From Octopus bimaculoides (Eukaryota): a stretch of 64,000 bases of DNA. The translations under genes and the position numbers were made by a program. The stretch is from contig NC_068989.1 of NCBI RefSeq assembly GCF_001194135.2, positions 55,793,238 through 55,857,237 on the forward strand, in the 5' to 3' direction. Below the pieces are notes generated by a model. It did not search any database, had not been told where the DNA came from, and saw nothing but the letters and a program-made list of their open reading frames with translations. Shown piece after piece: positions 1-12,172 of this stretch. Each line of letters starts with the position of its first letter. The first letter of the stretch is position 1.

Positions 1-7
1 CATTAAT

Positions 8-76
8 TTATCTAGTCTGGGATGCTGCAATTGCTAGGATCATTTCTTCTTTAGTCTGTGTGTGAACTAATAAAAC
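8..76 (-). CDS. Candidate terminal coding exon of an unidentified host gene (VLLVHTQTKEEMILAIAASQTR*)
   Basis: Minus-strand acceptor cttgtgtgtgcag|GTT, 22 open codons then TAA. Phase 0 matches the candidate exon at 2113-2201. No homology recognised. Confidence 0.25.
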   Translation of the reverse strand, partial: VLLVHTQTKEEMILAIAASQTR

Positions 77-369
77 CTGCACACACAAGTGAGATACAAA
101 CTGTGCTCCATGAGCAGGTCACTTGTCTAGCAAAGTAGAGACCCACAAATAAGATCTAATAGAGGGCAAAGAAGACTCGGCAGTATTCTACAAATGGGGC
201 AACTGCTATAGTGTTTTGGCACAATAAAATGCACCCAATCTACACTGTAAGATATATATATACAAAACAGTAATGTTGGCCAGTTTCAATTGTTGTATGT
301 GATACATGACATGGACCAAAATGAGCAGTCCAACAGATACCAGAATGGAAAAACAGGAGTGATGACACT

Positions 370-512
370 GGTGGTGGTGGTGGTGGTGGTGGTGGCTATG
401 ACGATGACAATAACAAAAGCAATGATGACAATGACAATGATGATGATGATGATGATTATGATGATGACAATGATGAGGGTGATGGCAATGACAATGACAA
501 TGATGATGACGG

Positions 513-568
<56 letters not shown>

Positions 569-570
569 CA
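370..570. repeat. Compound (GGT)n/(GAT)n microsatellite
   Basis: Visible tandem GGT then GAT/GAC arrays; explains the poly-V/poly-M ORF 290..952. Confidence 0.95.
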
Positions 571-1180
571 GTACTACTGCTTTTCCCCTTCCTCAAGTCA
601 CCCTTTTATTGACATCCCTCAGTTGCTTAACTTTGTCATTTTATTAAAAGCCACCACTCTCCTCTCTCTGACACCAACCATTTATATGACTATCCATCAC
701 TTGCTCCCTTTCTCCCTCCACCCCAATTCCCCTCTAAAATTATTGTTATTCATTACTCTCTACTTTCTCCCTACTTTCTCACTGTCCCTCTTCATCTCTC
801 CCTGCACAGTCTCACACTTCTCACTTCCTCTTTCTAACTTTTTCTATCCCCCCCCCCCATATTCTACTTCTTTCTCCTTCTCCCTATCCCACACTGGTTC
901 ATCTTCTGCAGTCGTCCTCTGCCCTACCAGCTCTACTAGCTGCATACAGTGATGAGGAGCTCTTTTGTCTTGCAATGCTGGTGCCATGACAAAACACACC
1001 AACTACACTTGGTAAAGGGATTGGCAAATGAGCAGAGACAACAAAGAACTGAGTGGACTGTCTTGCATTGCCATGTCGAAGGTGTGGCAACCTCTCTGCT
1101 GCTGGTGTCATGGTACACTGCACTCAGTGCATTCTGTGAAGGGCTTGGTGTCAGTCAGGGCACCCAGTAGAAACATACTC

Positions 1181-1384
1181 TTTACTTGTTTCAGTCATTT
1201 GACTGTGGCCATGCTGAAGCACCACCTTTAGTCGAGCAAATCGACCGCAGGACTTATTCTTTGTAAGCCTAGTACTTTTCTATCAGTCCATTTTGCTGAA
1301 CCGCTAAGTTACGGGTATGTAAACACACCAGCATCGGTTGTCAAGCGATGTTGGGGGGACAAACACAGACACACAAACACACAC

Positions 1385-1418
<34 letters not shown>

Positions 1419-1575
1419 GACAGGCTTCTTTCAGTTTCTGTCTACCAAATCCACTCACAAGGCTTTGGTCGGCCCGAGGCTATAGTAGAAGACACTTGCC
1501 CAAGGTGCCACACAGTGGGACTGAACCCAGAACCATGTGGTTGGTAAGCAAGCTACTTACCACACAGCCACTCTA
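1181..1575 (-). mobile_element. tRNA-derived SINE, family A (internal microsatellite)
   Basis: Reverse complement begins with box-A-like tggctgtgtggtaag and box-B-like gggttcagtcc; internal (TA)n; near-identical copies recur across the window. Confidence 0.85.
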
Positions 1576-1644
1576 TGCTAAAAAAAAAAAAAAGCATACG
1601 AGCTAGATATGGTCCCCTGCCATGTCTTTGACCATTGCAACTCA

Positions 1645-1900
1645 CAAAAAATGGCAATGGCAAAAGCAGCAGCAGCAGTAGAGATGGCAGAAGTGGCAAC
1701 AGAAGCAGTGGTGGAAGCAGCTGGGTAAAGTTGACAGTAGAAGCGATGGCAGAAGCAGTGTCACCAGTGGTGACAGTAGCAGCAATGGCAACAACAGAGG
1801 TATAGGCAGCGGCAGCAGTAGTGGCAATGGCAGCAACAAAGGAAGTAGTGGCAGTAGTAGTGACGGCAGCAGCAGCAGCAGTGTTGATGATAACAATGAT
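1645..1900. repeat. Degenerate GCA/GTA trinucleotide low-complexity tract
   Basis: gcagcagtagtggcaatggcagc periodicity; produces the poly-L/poly-C ORFs. Confidence 0.85.
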
Positions 1901-2112
1901 GTGAATTTATTTCCTTCATTTTCCATAATAAGGTAAATATTCTATATAGGTAATATTCAAATGTAAAAAAGATTAAAAAAATACTCTTTGCTGGATTTAA
2001 GATATTCTTCAGACTCAATAATTATTAAATAATAAGAGTAAAAAAATGTACAGAATCACATCACCATGATATCTTCATTTGGCAAACTTTCAAAAGAAAA
2101 GACATAACTAAC

Positions 2113-2201
2113 AGGTTTCATCGGCAAATAAGTCATTTGAAATGTATAACTTCCTTTCCTGGTTGAAAGGAAGGATCTTAAAGAAATCTCCTTCAAACAG
2201 C
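2113..2201 (-). CDS. Candidate internal exon (SCLKEISLRSFLSTRKGSYTFQMTYLPMKP; alternative open frame LFEGDFFKILPFNQERKLYISNDLFADET)
   Basis: Acceptor gtcaatctactttcag|, donor CCT|gttagt; 89 nt, open in two frames. Confidence 0.35.
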
Positions 2202-2628
2202 CTGAAAGTAGATTGACAATAATAATTGTATAATTCTGATTTTCACTTTATTATTTATTTTTTCTTTAGTTTCCACTTTTCTTTTTTTTCCTTCTTATAG
2301 CTCTCTGTCAGGCTAAACAGATGTTTGTTAAATAGTCAAAGTAGAACATTTTCAAGAGAAACAAAATGGCTAGACATTCTTCCTCTGGGTAGTTGAAGAC
2401 TTCAATTGGATTCTCCTTCACAACTAAGAAAAACACTCAGACACAACCAACACCATATTTATAAGAAAAACAGATGAGGAATTTTGTTTCTAATGAAAGT
2501 TTGCAAAAATGAAGAAGGAGTAATGGCAATGCAAAAATGGTCAACAGCAGAGTGAAGTTTAAAACATGTCTGAGGTCCAGTTACTTTACATATGTATAGG
2601 ATATTCTACATTAAAATATCAGCTGCAT

Positions 2629-2946
2629 CAGTGGTTCTCAGCCAGAGTTCATATAAGATTTTTGGCAGTCCATGCAACAATATAGTCAATTAGGGAATCA
2701 ATGTAGTATTCTAAAGGCCCCTGAAAAAATATTGCAAGAAACAGCCAGTTTTCTTTCTCATTTTACATAGTTCAACCTACACAAATTAATGGGTGATAAA
2801 CAAAATAGGAATTTTGAAAGAAGTTTCTATAAAACTAGATGATGATGATGATGATGATGATGATGAAATGGCTATGGGTGTTCACCGGAATAAAATAGTG
2901 ATCAAATGGGTTCATAGATAAAAAAAAAAATGGTTGAGAAACTCTG
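2629..2946. mobile_element. hAT-type MITE
   Basis: Ends cagtggttctca ... gttgagaaactctg; flanks agctgcat/agctatat (6/8 TSD); interior similar to the 21904-22156 copy. Confidence 0.7.
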
Positions 2947-3060
2947 AGCTATATATATAATCAATTTATTATGGAAAATGAGTTTAATACATTATTTAAT
3001 ACAAAACTATGTTGTATGGTTTTATTACTTCATTTAACTTGTATCTTGTATCTCTTATCC

Positions 3061-3251
3061 TTTACTTGTTTTAGTCATTTGAGTGTGACCATGCTGGAGC
3101 ACCACCATGAAGGGTTTTAATAGAACGAATCGGCACCAGACTTATTTTCTTTTAAGCTGGTTTCTTTTGCCAACTCACAAAGTTATTTGGATGTAAACAC
3201 ACCATCACTGGGTATCAAGCAGTGGTGAAGGCACAAACACAGACACAAACA

Positions 3252-3288
<37 letters not shown>

Positions 3289-3289
3289 G

Positions 3290-3334
<45 letters not shown>

Positions 3335-3592
3335 NNNNNNNNNNNNNNNNNNNNNNNNNNNNNNNNNNNNNNNNNNNNNNNNNNNNNNNNNNNNNNNNNN
3401 NNNNNNNNNNNNNNNNNNNNNNNNNNNNNNNNNNNNNNNNNNNNNNNNNNNNNNNNNNNNNNNNNNNNNNNNNNNNNNNNNNNNNNNNNNNNNNNNNNNA
3501 GGCTATAGTAGAAGACACTTGCGCAAGGTGCTACACACTGGAACTGAACTCAGAACCATGTGGTTGGGAAGTAAGCTTCTTACCACACAGCC
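3061..3592 (-). mobile_element. SINE family A spanning an assembly gap
   Basis: Same tail and head as 1181-1575; internal (CA)n runs into the N-run. Confidence 0.8.
3335..3499. other. Assembly gap
   Basis: Run of N after (CA)n. Confidence 1.
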
Positions 3593-4307
3593 AAGCTTAA
3601 AACTGCACCATCTATTTTACCTGTACACACACACACACACACATGCATAACTTAAACTAAAATAATCTTAAAATAATATATAATTAGAGATACTCATTCA
3701 TATTTGCTGTGGTAAAATAGTTTTGCTGCTGGATTGAATTCTATAACCACATTGACTTTTTCAGAGTCAATCAAACTGGGTGCAAAAAAAATTTAAAAAA
3801 AAAAGAAAGAAAATTCTTTGCTTTATTTGGGTGCAAATGAATACCTAAAGATAATTATTAAAATATCCTATTTTCTGAAAAATAGCCATAGAAAAAAATG
3901 AAAAAAAATGAAATAGCTATTAATCTAAATTTGAATTGTCAAGAACAGGAAAATAAAACAAAAAAATACAACAAAAATTATCAGTTAATGTTTCCAAGAG
4001 AATAACAGCAGTCTTGCCTCTAATACCTTTTAGAAGGGAATGTTAATGATTGTGAATATTTCAATGAGTATTTTCTGATATGTTTTATGGTTGGAGATTG
4101 CAGTGATTAACATATTCTCTCCTGTATACCTCTTAATATTGCTAGTCAGATTACTGACGCTCAATATTCACTTACTTCCCAGACCTTAGATCTTATCAGC
4201 ATTCACAGATTTATGATCCTGTATCTTTCTTGCTACATGCACACACACATACACACACACACACACACATGTGTGTGTGTATGTGTGTGTGAGTATGTAT
4301 GTATAAA

Positions 4308-4352
<45 letters not shown>

Positions 4353-4449
4353 NNNNNNNNNNNNNNNNNNNNNNNNNNNNNNNNNNNNNNNNNNNNNNNN
4401 NNNNNNNNNNNNNNNNNNNNNNNNNNNNNNNNNNNNNNNNNNNNNNNNN
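4353..4449. other. Assembly gap
   Basis: Run of N after (TA)n. Confidence 1.
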
Positions 4450-4500
4450 ATATACACACGTATGTATGTATGTATTCCTTGTTAGCAAAAGCTGGCTTAC

Positions 4501-4550
4501 TTATTGACTCCTCTTGTATTTCATTAGCTGCCTTCCACAAGAGTTTAATA
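4501..4550 (-). CDS. Candidate internal exon (IKLLWKAANEIQEESI)
   Basis: Acceptor gctgatacag|, strong donor TAA|gtaagc; only one open frame, and its phases fit both neighbouring candidates. Confidence 0.35.
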
Positions 4551-5180
4551 CTGTATCAGCTAAATCAGGCTTTATCAATCAAGAACAGTGAAGAAATGAT
4601 GGAACTTCCAATGACAAGCAAAATCTCTAAGTTGTTTGATATGAGTAGATCATCGAAAGATTTTCTTTTTATCTCCAACACAACCTGATAACAATATATC
4701 AATCCAATTTCAATAAAAAAATCCTCAGAAAATAATATATCTACTATTACATTTATTGACATATTATTATTCTAAGACCATTTTACTCGTCTGTCTTATG
4801 TACTCTGTTAGAATTGCTTTACACCTGGTAAAACAATTCTGCTGTTGCTTCAGATAACTAGGAATTTTAAAGGATACCATTTCCATCGAGTTAATCTTGA
4901 ATAATGTATCATTTCCTACATCATTATTGGCTGTTCTTAATCCCATTTCTACTAACACCTTTTCTACTCATAACAACTCTTTCTCTTTAGGACATAACTA
5001 TTTATGAATATTTATCTTTAAGATTTATTCCCCCTATGTCCAGTTATTTCTTAATTCACAGCCAGTTCCTCCCTATAGTTTTACAAATCAATGAATAAAT
5101 AAATCTTTCCATAAATGATTGGCTTAAAATAAGAAGAGATTCTAAATAGAAACTCGGCGATTTCAAAACATTAAACAAAA

Positions 5181-5600
5181 GGCGCAGGTGTGGCTGTGTG
5201 ATAAGAAGCTTGTATTCCCAACCACATGGTTTTGGGTTCAGTTCCACTGCATGGCACCTTGAGCAAGTGTCTTCTACTATAGTCTTGGGCCAACCAAAAC
5301 CTTGTGAATGGATATGGTAGACAGAAATTGAAAGAAGCCTGTTGTGTGTGTGTGCGTGTGTGTGTGCGTGTGTGTGTGTGTCTTTGTGTCTGTGTTTGTC
5401 CCCCTATCACTGCTCAACAACTGGTGTTGGTGTGTTTACATCCCTGTAACTTAGCAGTTTGGCAAAAGAGACTGATAGAATAAGTACCAGGCTTTAAAAA
5501 TAAATACTGGGATCGATTTATTCGACTAAAAATTCAAGGCAGTACCCCAGCATGACCGCAATCAAATGACTGAAACAAGTAAGAGATAAAAGGTAAAAGA
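5181..5600 (+). mobile_element. SINE family A, full length
   Basis: Head gtggctgtgtgataagaagc...gggttcagttcc, internal (TG)n, tail gactgaaacaagtaagagataaaag. Confidence 0.85.
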
Positions 5601-5664
5601 ATAATAATGTTTTAGCAACAATGTATATTTTTCGTGTGTACATAGTCAATATAAATTATAAGTT

Positions 5665-5870
5665 GAAGTGGTGAGCTTTAGCACACTGGGCAAAATGCCT
5701 AGCAGCATTTCATCCATCTCTACGTTCTGAGTTCAAATTCTGCCAAAGTCAACTCAGCCTTTCATCTTTTTGGGGTCAATAAAATAAGTACCAATTGAGT
5801 ATTAGGGTCAATGTAATCAACTTACCCACTACCACCAAACTTGCAGGCCTTGTGCCAAAATTTGAAACCA
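5665..5870 (+). mobile_element. SINE family B (Nin/Deu-like core)
   Basis: ggtgagc...ttctgagttcaaattc...gcctttcatc...gtcaataaaataagtacca; the core resembles the Nin domain as I recall it. Confidence 0.75.
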
Positions 5871-6197
5871 ATACAAGTTATAAGTTGAATAGGCCCTTCA
5901 AGAGATAAAAAGGTCACGACTGGACAAGAGTAAAGTAGAAAATATATTTCCAGTATGTTCATGTTAGTTAAAAATTTGGTATTCAAATCTTATTGCAAGC
6001 ATGTTGTAAGTCGTTTTGAAATCCATAAGCCATGTTACCATAATATATAAGATTTAAGCAGATTGAATATATCCTTTTCCTTTACACTAAAAAAATAATA
6101 ACCTTTACTTCCAGAAAAGAAGTTCATGTGACAAACAAAGAGTTTATATTGGGACACATAAGCAGGAAATGAGAGGAAGTGTGTTGTTATTCTAGTT

Positions 6198-6353
6198 CAG
6201 TGCTCTGCAACCGGTATGCTGTGGCAAACTAATGTTCCACAAGATGATGTTAGGTATGCTGCAGTGTAACCTGAATATAATCTTTTTCCCTATAGCTTTA
6301 GTTATATTTTTAGTTCAGGTGTGCCACAAGTGAAAAAAGGTTGTGGAGCACTG
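6198..6353. mobile_element. hAT-type MITE, 156 bp
   Basis: TIR cagtgctctgcaacc / ggttgtggagcactg; perfect 8-bp TSD ttctagtt at 6190-6197 and 6354-6361. Confidence 0.9.
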
Positions 6354-6966
6354 TTCTAGTTCATGTAGTCTTAAGAATGAGACTGACAGAGTAAAGAAAA
6401 ACAGAGTAAAAGATCAGAAACTATGGATGACCTGTATTGATAAAAATTTTTAAATCATTTCCATAAAGTTCACAAAATGAAATAAGATCGTGTGCCTTAA
6501 TGAGAGAGTAATTCAAAAATTTTGGACTGAGACCTTTTATTGAGGAATAATAAAAAGAATAAAAATGTAGTAGAAAGCTGTAATTAGGACTAAAAAATAT
6601 TTTTTAAATGTGTGAGAAAAGATGAAATTGGTGGTATAATGTCACAGTATAGTTTGATAAATAGAAAAACAAAAAGGTAAGTAGGTGTAGTAACTAGTTT
6701 TGAGTCTTCATGAGATAGAGTCATGAGAGCAGAGAAGTATGTATGGTGTCATCAACTATCCAGCCATCTTCTCAGCCCACTATTTCTGGGTGGGTCAGGG
6801 ACTAGAGTCCTTTGGCACCTCCTCCATAGGGTCATATCAAGAGCAACCGACATTACACTTTCCAGCAGGATTACCAAGCATGACCAACTGAAACAATGGA
6901 TATCATCCAATCATCTAGTTCTTGATTGATCAACATCTAAAGTAAAATTCTATTTTTGTATATTAC

Positions 6967-7070
6967 CTTCCATGAATGGTAATTACACTTTGATCAAACA
7001 GAAATCCTACATTCATATCAGCAATGAATAAATCACAGAAGCCTTTTTTTCCAGTGTCAGGATTGCTATC
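6967..7070 (-). CDS. Candidate internal exon (DSNPDTGKKGFCDLFIADMNVGFLFDQSVITIHG)
   Basis: Open frame with strong donor AAG|gtaata, phase 2 matching 4501-4550. Acceptor is weak (purine-rich; 7070 or 7065). Confidence 0.35.
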
Positions 7071-7509
7071 CTACTACTTTTCCTTTATTTTAAATATTAA
7101 TACTTCATAATCAGATTTTACTTAGATAATCTACTAATACCAAATGCCTCCCTACGTTTCATTTTTATAAAACAAACTTTAACTTATTAACAGAAACAAT
7201 GTTTGAATATACGACTTTCCACATGTGATTTTTCTAGTCACCTCACTTCTCTCTTCTTCTCTCTCCCCACCTCTTTCTTTCTATTTATCTATCTATCATT
7301 CACACACACATACACATAAATCAACTCTATTTAAATTTATCTAACATAACATCAGTTTTAATTTTCCAATTTAGTGCAATTACAATTATAAAGCATTCCA
7401 TTCTACATTTATGATACCCATAATAGTACGTTTAAATACATATATCAAAAGGGGAAAGTGCTGTCACTTTTAAATTAATGGTTGCAATACAATGGTTTAA
7501 TACTTTGTG

Positions 7510-7690
7510 GAGATTTGCAACATTTCTTCAAACTTTACATTCTGAGTTCAAATGCCACTGGAGTTGATTTTGTCTTTCACCCTTTTGTTGTTGATAAAAC
7601 AAGTACCAGTCGAGTACTGGGATTGATGTAATCAACATAGCCCCTACCCCGAAATTGCTGGCCTTGTGCCAAAATACGAACACAATTTTT
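7510..7690 (+). mobile_element. SINE family B
   Basis: ttctgagttcaaatg...ttgataaaacaagtaccag...gccttgtgccaaaa. Confidence 0.75.
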
Positions 7691-8433
7691 CAAGGAGATT
7701 TTTAAAACGTAAACTAAATTTTAAAAATCAAGCGTTTGATATCTCGTACATAGTCTTGGGACAGAGAAATGCATTTAATGTTCAAAAATTAATCCAATAA
7801 ATGCTATTCTACCCTTCAATTAAATGTTGCTTGACATAAAGAGGAAGCTATTTAAGATGGTATTATTGGAAGAGTCATGGGAAAGTTCTTTTGATATCAA
7901 TAAGTTTAATATAGCAAATAAGAAAATGAAATACAAAACAGAACAATATTATATCCTGATGTCATTATTTGCTTAATAAAAGTCAGTTAAAATATTAAAC
8001 ACTTCTTTGTATTGCTGTGATTGTTGTATGAAAAATATTCTATAAAGATTAGACAATATATATTACAATATATATCTCAAGATGACAATTCACATATCAT
8101 TGCTTTTATGGTAGAATTATTACTTCATAACTGAAAAATTAAAAGTCATCAATTCTAACAATAATCAAGCAGCCAAACCATTTGTACTGACATTAAACAA
8201 TGTTGCGGAACTTTATTTTTATCTATTAGTTAGGAAGGAAGAGCAATGCCCACATCCCATTACAAGACTGAAAAGACTGGTGGCAAGAAAAAAGAGAGGG
8301 ACGGGCAAGGGTGACCTCAAACCGGAAATCTGGCCCTGAAGCTCTGAATAATTGCAACAGAGTAGACTCTGTCAAAGCTACCCAATGTGCTAGGAGGTGG
8401 TATTAAATCAGGTGATATCTTTTATCTTTATGT

Positions 8434-9205
8434 TTTACTTGTTTCAGTCATTATACTGCAGTAATGTTGGGGCACTGCCTGGAGGAATTTTTAGTCAAAT
8501 GAACTGACCCCAGTATTTTATATTTTTAAGCCTGGCACTTATTCTATTACTCTCTTTTGCCAAAGAGCTAATTTACAGGAATGTAAGCACACCAACACCA
8601 GCTGTCAAGTGGTAGTGGGGGACAACACAGACACAAAGCTACATGCACATAGCTATACACATATATATAACGACCTCAAGATGCTGAACCTTTCAGGCAA
8701 AATGACAAAGGATTGAGATGCCTGACGCCTTACTGTATGTACTCAAGAACACCCATGCTCTACAGCAGAAGTGCTAAGACCAGTCCCTCTAGTGGTGAAA
8801 AGCGCTCATGGCAGTGCCACATAAGAGTGCCTGTGCAATACCGTGTAAGAACGCCTGTGCAGCAGCATATAAAGACGCCTGTGCAATGCCACATAAAAGC
8901 ATCCAGCACACTCTGTAAAGTGGTTGGCATCCAGCTGTAGAAACCATGCCACAACAGACTGGGGTCTGATGCAGCTATCCAGCATGCTAATTCTGATCAA
9001 ACTGTCCAACCCATGCCAGCATGGACAATGGACGTTAAATGATAATGATGGTAGGCTTCTTTCAGTTTCCTGGGACAAAATCCACTCACAAGTCTTTGGT
9101 CAGCATAAGATTATAGTAGAAGACACTTGTCCAAGGTACTATGAAGTAGGACTGAGCCTGAAACCCTGTGGCTGGGATGCAAGCTTCTTACCACTAGCCA
9201 CACTT
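8434..9205 (-). mobile_element. SINE family A split by an inserted RTE 3' tail
   Basis: Tail half about 8434-8673, head half about 9050-9205, with a plus-strand RTE-type tail between them. Confidence 0.7.
8740..9049 (+). mobile_element. RTE LINE 3'-UTR fragment
   Basis: gtgccacataa repeats, gcatccagctgtagaaac, ccatgccagcatgga...gacgttaaatgataatgat; the same tail follows RT remnants at 27.9-28.3 kb. Confidence 0.75.
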
Positions 9206-9699
9206 GCATTTACTACTCAAGGACATATAGAAATACTGCATTGAGAATATATTTGAAATAATGTTTTATAGTATGACAACAATACTTTGCTGAACAATGG
9301 AAAAATCTCAAGTTTGATGTTAGAATTACTATCATTTTATCAGAAAGTTCAAAAACAAAATTCAAACTTGATCCAGGTATATTGAGGGATGGAAGAATAA
9401 AGTAAATTTAATAAAGAATTTAGCTTTATAGTTAAGACATTTTTAGGTGTAGAGAAAAAGGTTAGCAAATCTTAATGGGCAAGAGGCAATTAATTCCTCT
9501 ACATTTTTCTACAATATAAATCATCATTTTTTCATCACAATTTAATGTCTAGCCCTTCCTGTCACCAACCCTCACTTGTTTCCAAATAAGGTATTATTTT
9601 CCGATACCTAAACATTTTTTGTTTGGAAACAAACAACCTAGCTTGTATGACAATAATACTCATTTACAACCATCATGTGATGTCTAGAGAAGGATACAC

Positions 9700-9880
9700 A
9701 CACACATACACACAACAGGCTGCTTTCAGTTTCCATGTACCAAATCCATTCACAAGATTTTGGTCAGTTTGGAGCTATGGTAGAAAACACTTGCCCAAGG
9801 TGCCATAGAGTGGAACTGAACCCAAGACCACATGGTCGGGGAACAAGCTTCTTAATCACACAGCCATGCCTGCACCTATA
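9700..9880 (-). mobile_element. SINE family A head fragment
   Basis: acacttgcccaaggtgcc...ggaactgaaccc...cacacagccatgcctgcacct. Confidence 0.75.
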
Positions 9881-10589
9881 CTATCCTTAAAAAAAAATAA
9901 ATACTTTTTATAAAGTTTAATATGTCAACATGAGTATTTTTTAATAACAAAAATAACAAAAAGCCTATTAGTACAAAGAACAAAAGAAACAATAGGATGA
10001 GAAGCTACAAATTATATGGCTTAGAGATACCATTGTCTCAATCACAGTAGGAAAACTTCTCAAATATTTCACACTTGGAAACAGGTAATAGTTGTATTAA
10101 ATGTCTCTAAGTGTCAGATAATCAAAAGAAAAAAAAAAAAAAAGAAAAAATCAAACATTCTTTTGAATTAAGATTCACATGGCATTTTCAATGGACATGA
10201 AGATAATTTGTCATGGCACTTCACATACTGGAAGAAAATTTTCAGTGATTCCTTAACAAAAAAGTAGTACAAATAAACTAGCAACACAATTTTTACTGGT
10301 GACTGCAAACTACATAACTAACATCAATAGGTGATTTGAAAAGAATCAGCTAAGGAATTCCAATAATATAAAGAAGTTTAACAATGTCACCAAGATTGTA
10401 TCACAGTGTAAATTATGATAATGGTGATCATTGGAAAATTGTTTTTATCTCTATTTTCAATTCATTCATGTAGAGGAAATCATCGCAGAATATTTGAGAA
10501 CAGATTTTACTCATTTGTTTATTTAATTGGTATGGCACTAGGGGCTGTGGCCATGGCCTTAGAAGACCCTCAAAAACCACTAAGATCAA

Positions 10590-11230
10590 CAAGTTTCAAG
10601 TTCTCCTTCAACAGCTGACAAGTCCATGATTGGGTTTGATGATGTTATCATTCTTCTTGAACTATTACAAGTCAGCAGATGCAGGGAGAGAATTCTAAAG
10701 GGCCAACATTCTGGAAGGGAATGACTGGATAATGTGGTGGGGGAGAGGAGAATGGTCACAGTATGGGTCACAGGTGAATCGCAAGTGCCTGAGTAGAGAT
10801 CACATAGACTAACCAGTACTGAAGATTGGAGATCACTGTAGAAGTAGAAGAGGCAGAAAAAGGTGTGTGCATGTTTGTGAACCAGAGGTTTCAATGTATT
10901 GGTAAGTGACTCCATGCCATTTAGTCCTTTCTTTGGCTGCTGTCAGGATATCTGCATATGTGTGGAAGTGACCCCATCCAGATGTAGAAGCATCACTGCA
11001 TTATGAATCTCATTTGAGCTTTAAGGCATTAGAAGTTGTTAAATGACAAGGTATTTTCTGGCCCTGAAGAGAGTAACCAGGTAGCCAGTCTTTGAGACAT
11101 AGTCTTTGCTATGTTGAGGATGTGCATTCATCAGAAAAGATTCTCACTATTTATAGTGAGCTTGAGGGTTCTACTTGTATGTTGTTCATGTTTAACAGGA
11201 GACTGTAAGGTAAGAGGAAGAGATGTAGCA
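10590..11230 (-). mobile_element. Decayed CR1/L2-group LINE, 3' part of ORF2
   Basis: Minus-strand fragments HILNIAKTMSQRL, KAQMRFIMQ*CFYIW and MESLTNTLKPLVHKH..FCLFYFYSDLQSSVLVSL resemble the post-RT region; many stops and frameshifts. Confidence 0.65.
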
Positions 11231-11459
11231 AGATGGCGAAAAGAGGAGTAACCAGAAAGGGTTGAGAAAAATAGATAATAATTAGAGCTAAGCAGCATTA
11301 GAATGGAATAGAAACAGAGATGAATTACAGAACAAAGACTTCCAATCTTCCTGCCAATATTTATATATAAAGTAGAAACTATATATAAAAGTGCTACATT
11401 AGTACAGAATTAAAGCTATTTAGCTGTGTGCCACAGAGTCAAACTAATGGTGTAAAGAG

Positions 11460-11616
11460 AGATTCATTTAATATGCAGATTGGTATGTTTATATATAAAG
11501 GTACTTACTGACGATAGAGTGCAAGTGTCTGGTTCAAAGATTCAATTAATATGCAGATTGGTATGTTTATATATAAATGTACTTATTGAAGCTAGAGTGA
11601 GAGAGTACAAGTGTCT
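11460..11616. repeat. Tandem duplication, 78-bp period, two copies
   Basis: agattca.ttaatatgcagattggtatgtttatatataaa.gtactta.tga...caagtgtct starts at 11460 and 11538. Confidence 0.9.
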
Positions 11617-11854
11617 CCAATCTTCTAGAATATCACAGAATGTAGGTATTTAGTGTTGTATGCACTTGTGAAACTAAAAGTTTGATTATGATAAAAGGTA
11701 TGCAGAGATCTACTACAAAAATGGAACAAGTCAATGCTGCCTCCCACTCTTTCTTTTTCTGTATAGTGTATGCATATATGTGTGTGTGAGTATATATAAA
11801 ACTTAATATAAGTTCAGTTACATATTATTTTAGAATATTCCTTATAAAAATTAG

Positions 11855-11915
11855 ATATATATATATATATATAAATACTCACATACACATAAACATGCAT
11901 ACAATACACAGAAAG

Positions 11916-11958
<43 letters not shown>

Positions 11959-12047
11959 CATACACACACACATCTATAGAGAGAGAGAGAGAGAGAGATA
12001 GATACATACATATGTATGTGTATGTATATATATATTTATACATACAC

Positions 12048-12080
<33 letters not shown>

Positions 12081-12172
12081 GAAAATGAGAGACAGATATA
12101 CAGCAAATATTTGTATGTGTGTATGTGCATGTGTGCGTGTGTGTGTGTGCGTGCGAGTGAGAGAGAGAGAGT
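11855..12172. repeat. Compound (TA)/(GA)/(CA)/(TG) microsatellites
   Basis: Direct inspection. Confidence 0.95.

Noticed and set aside
290-952. 220-aa ORF, the longest N-free ORF
   Set aside because: Translation of GGT/GAT microsatellites and a CT-rich tract.
4565-4958. Two short minus-strand ORFs, with YIRQTSK faintly like a GIY-YIG YIGQT motif
   Set aside because: Similarity is too weak to call a Penelope endonuclease or a gene.
6069-6078. ATATCCTTTT U12-type donor motif (also minus-strand GTATCCTT at 58762-58769)
   Set aside because: No matching open exon or branch site, and such motifs are expected by chance in this much AT-rich sequence.
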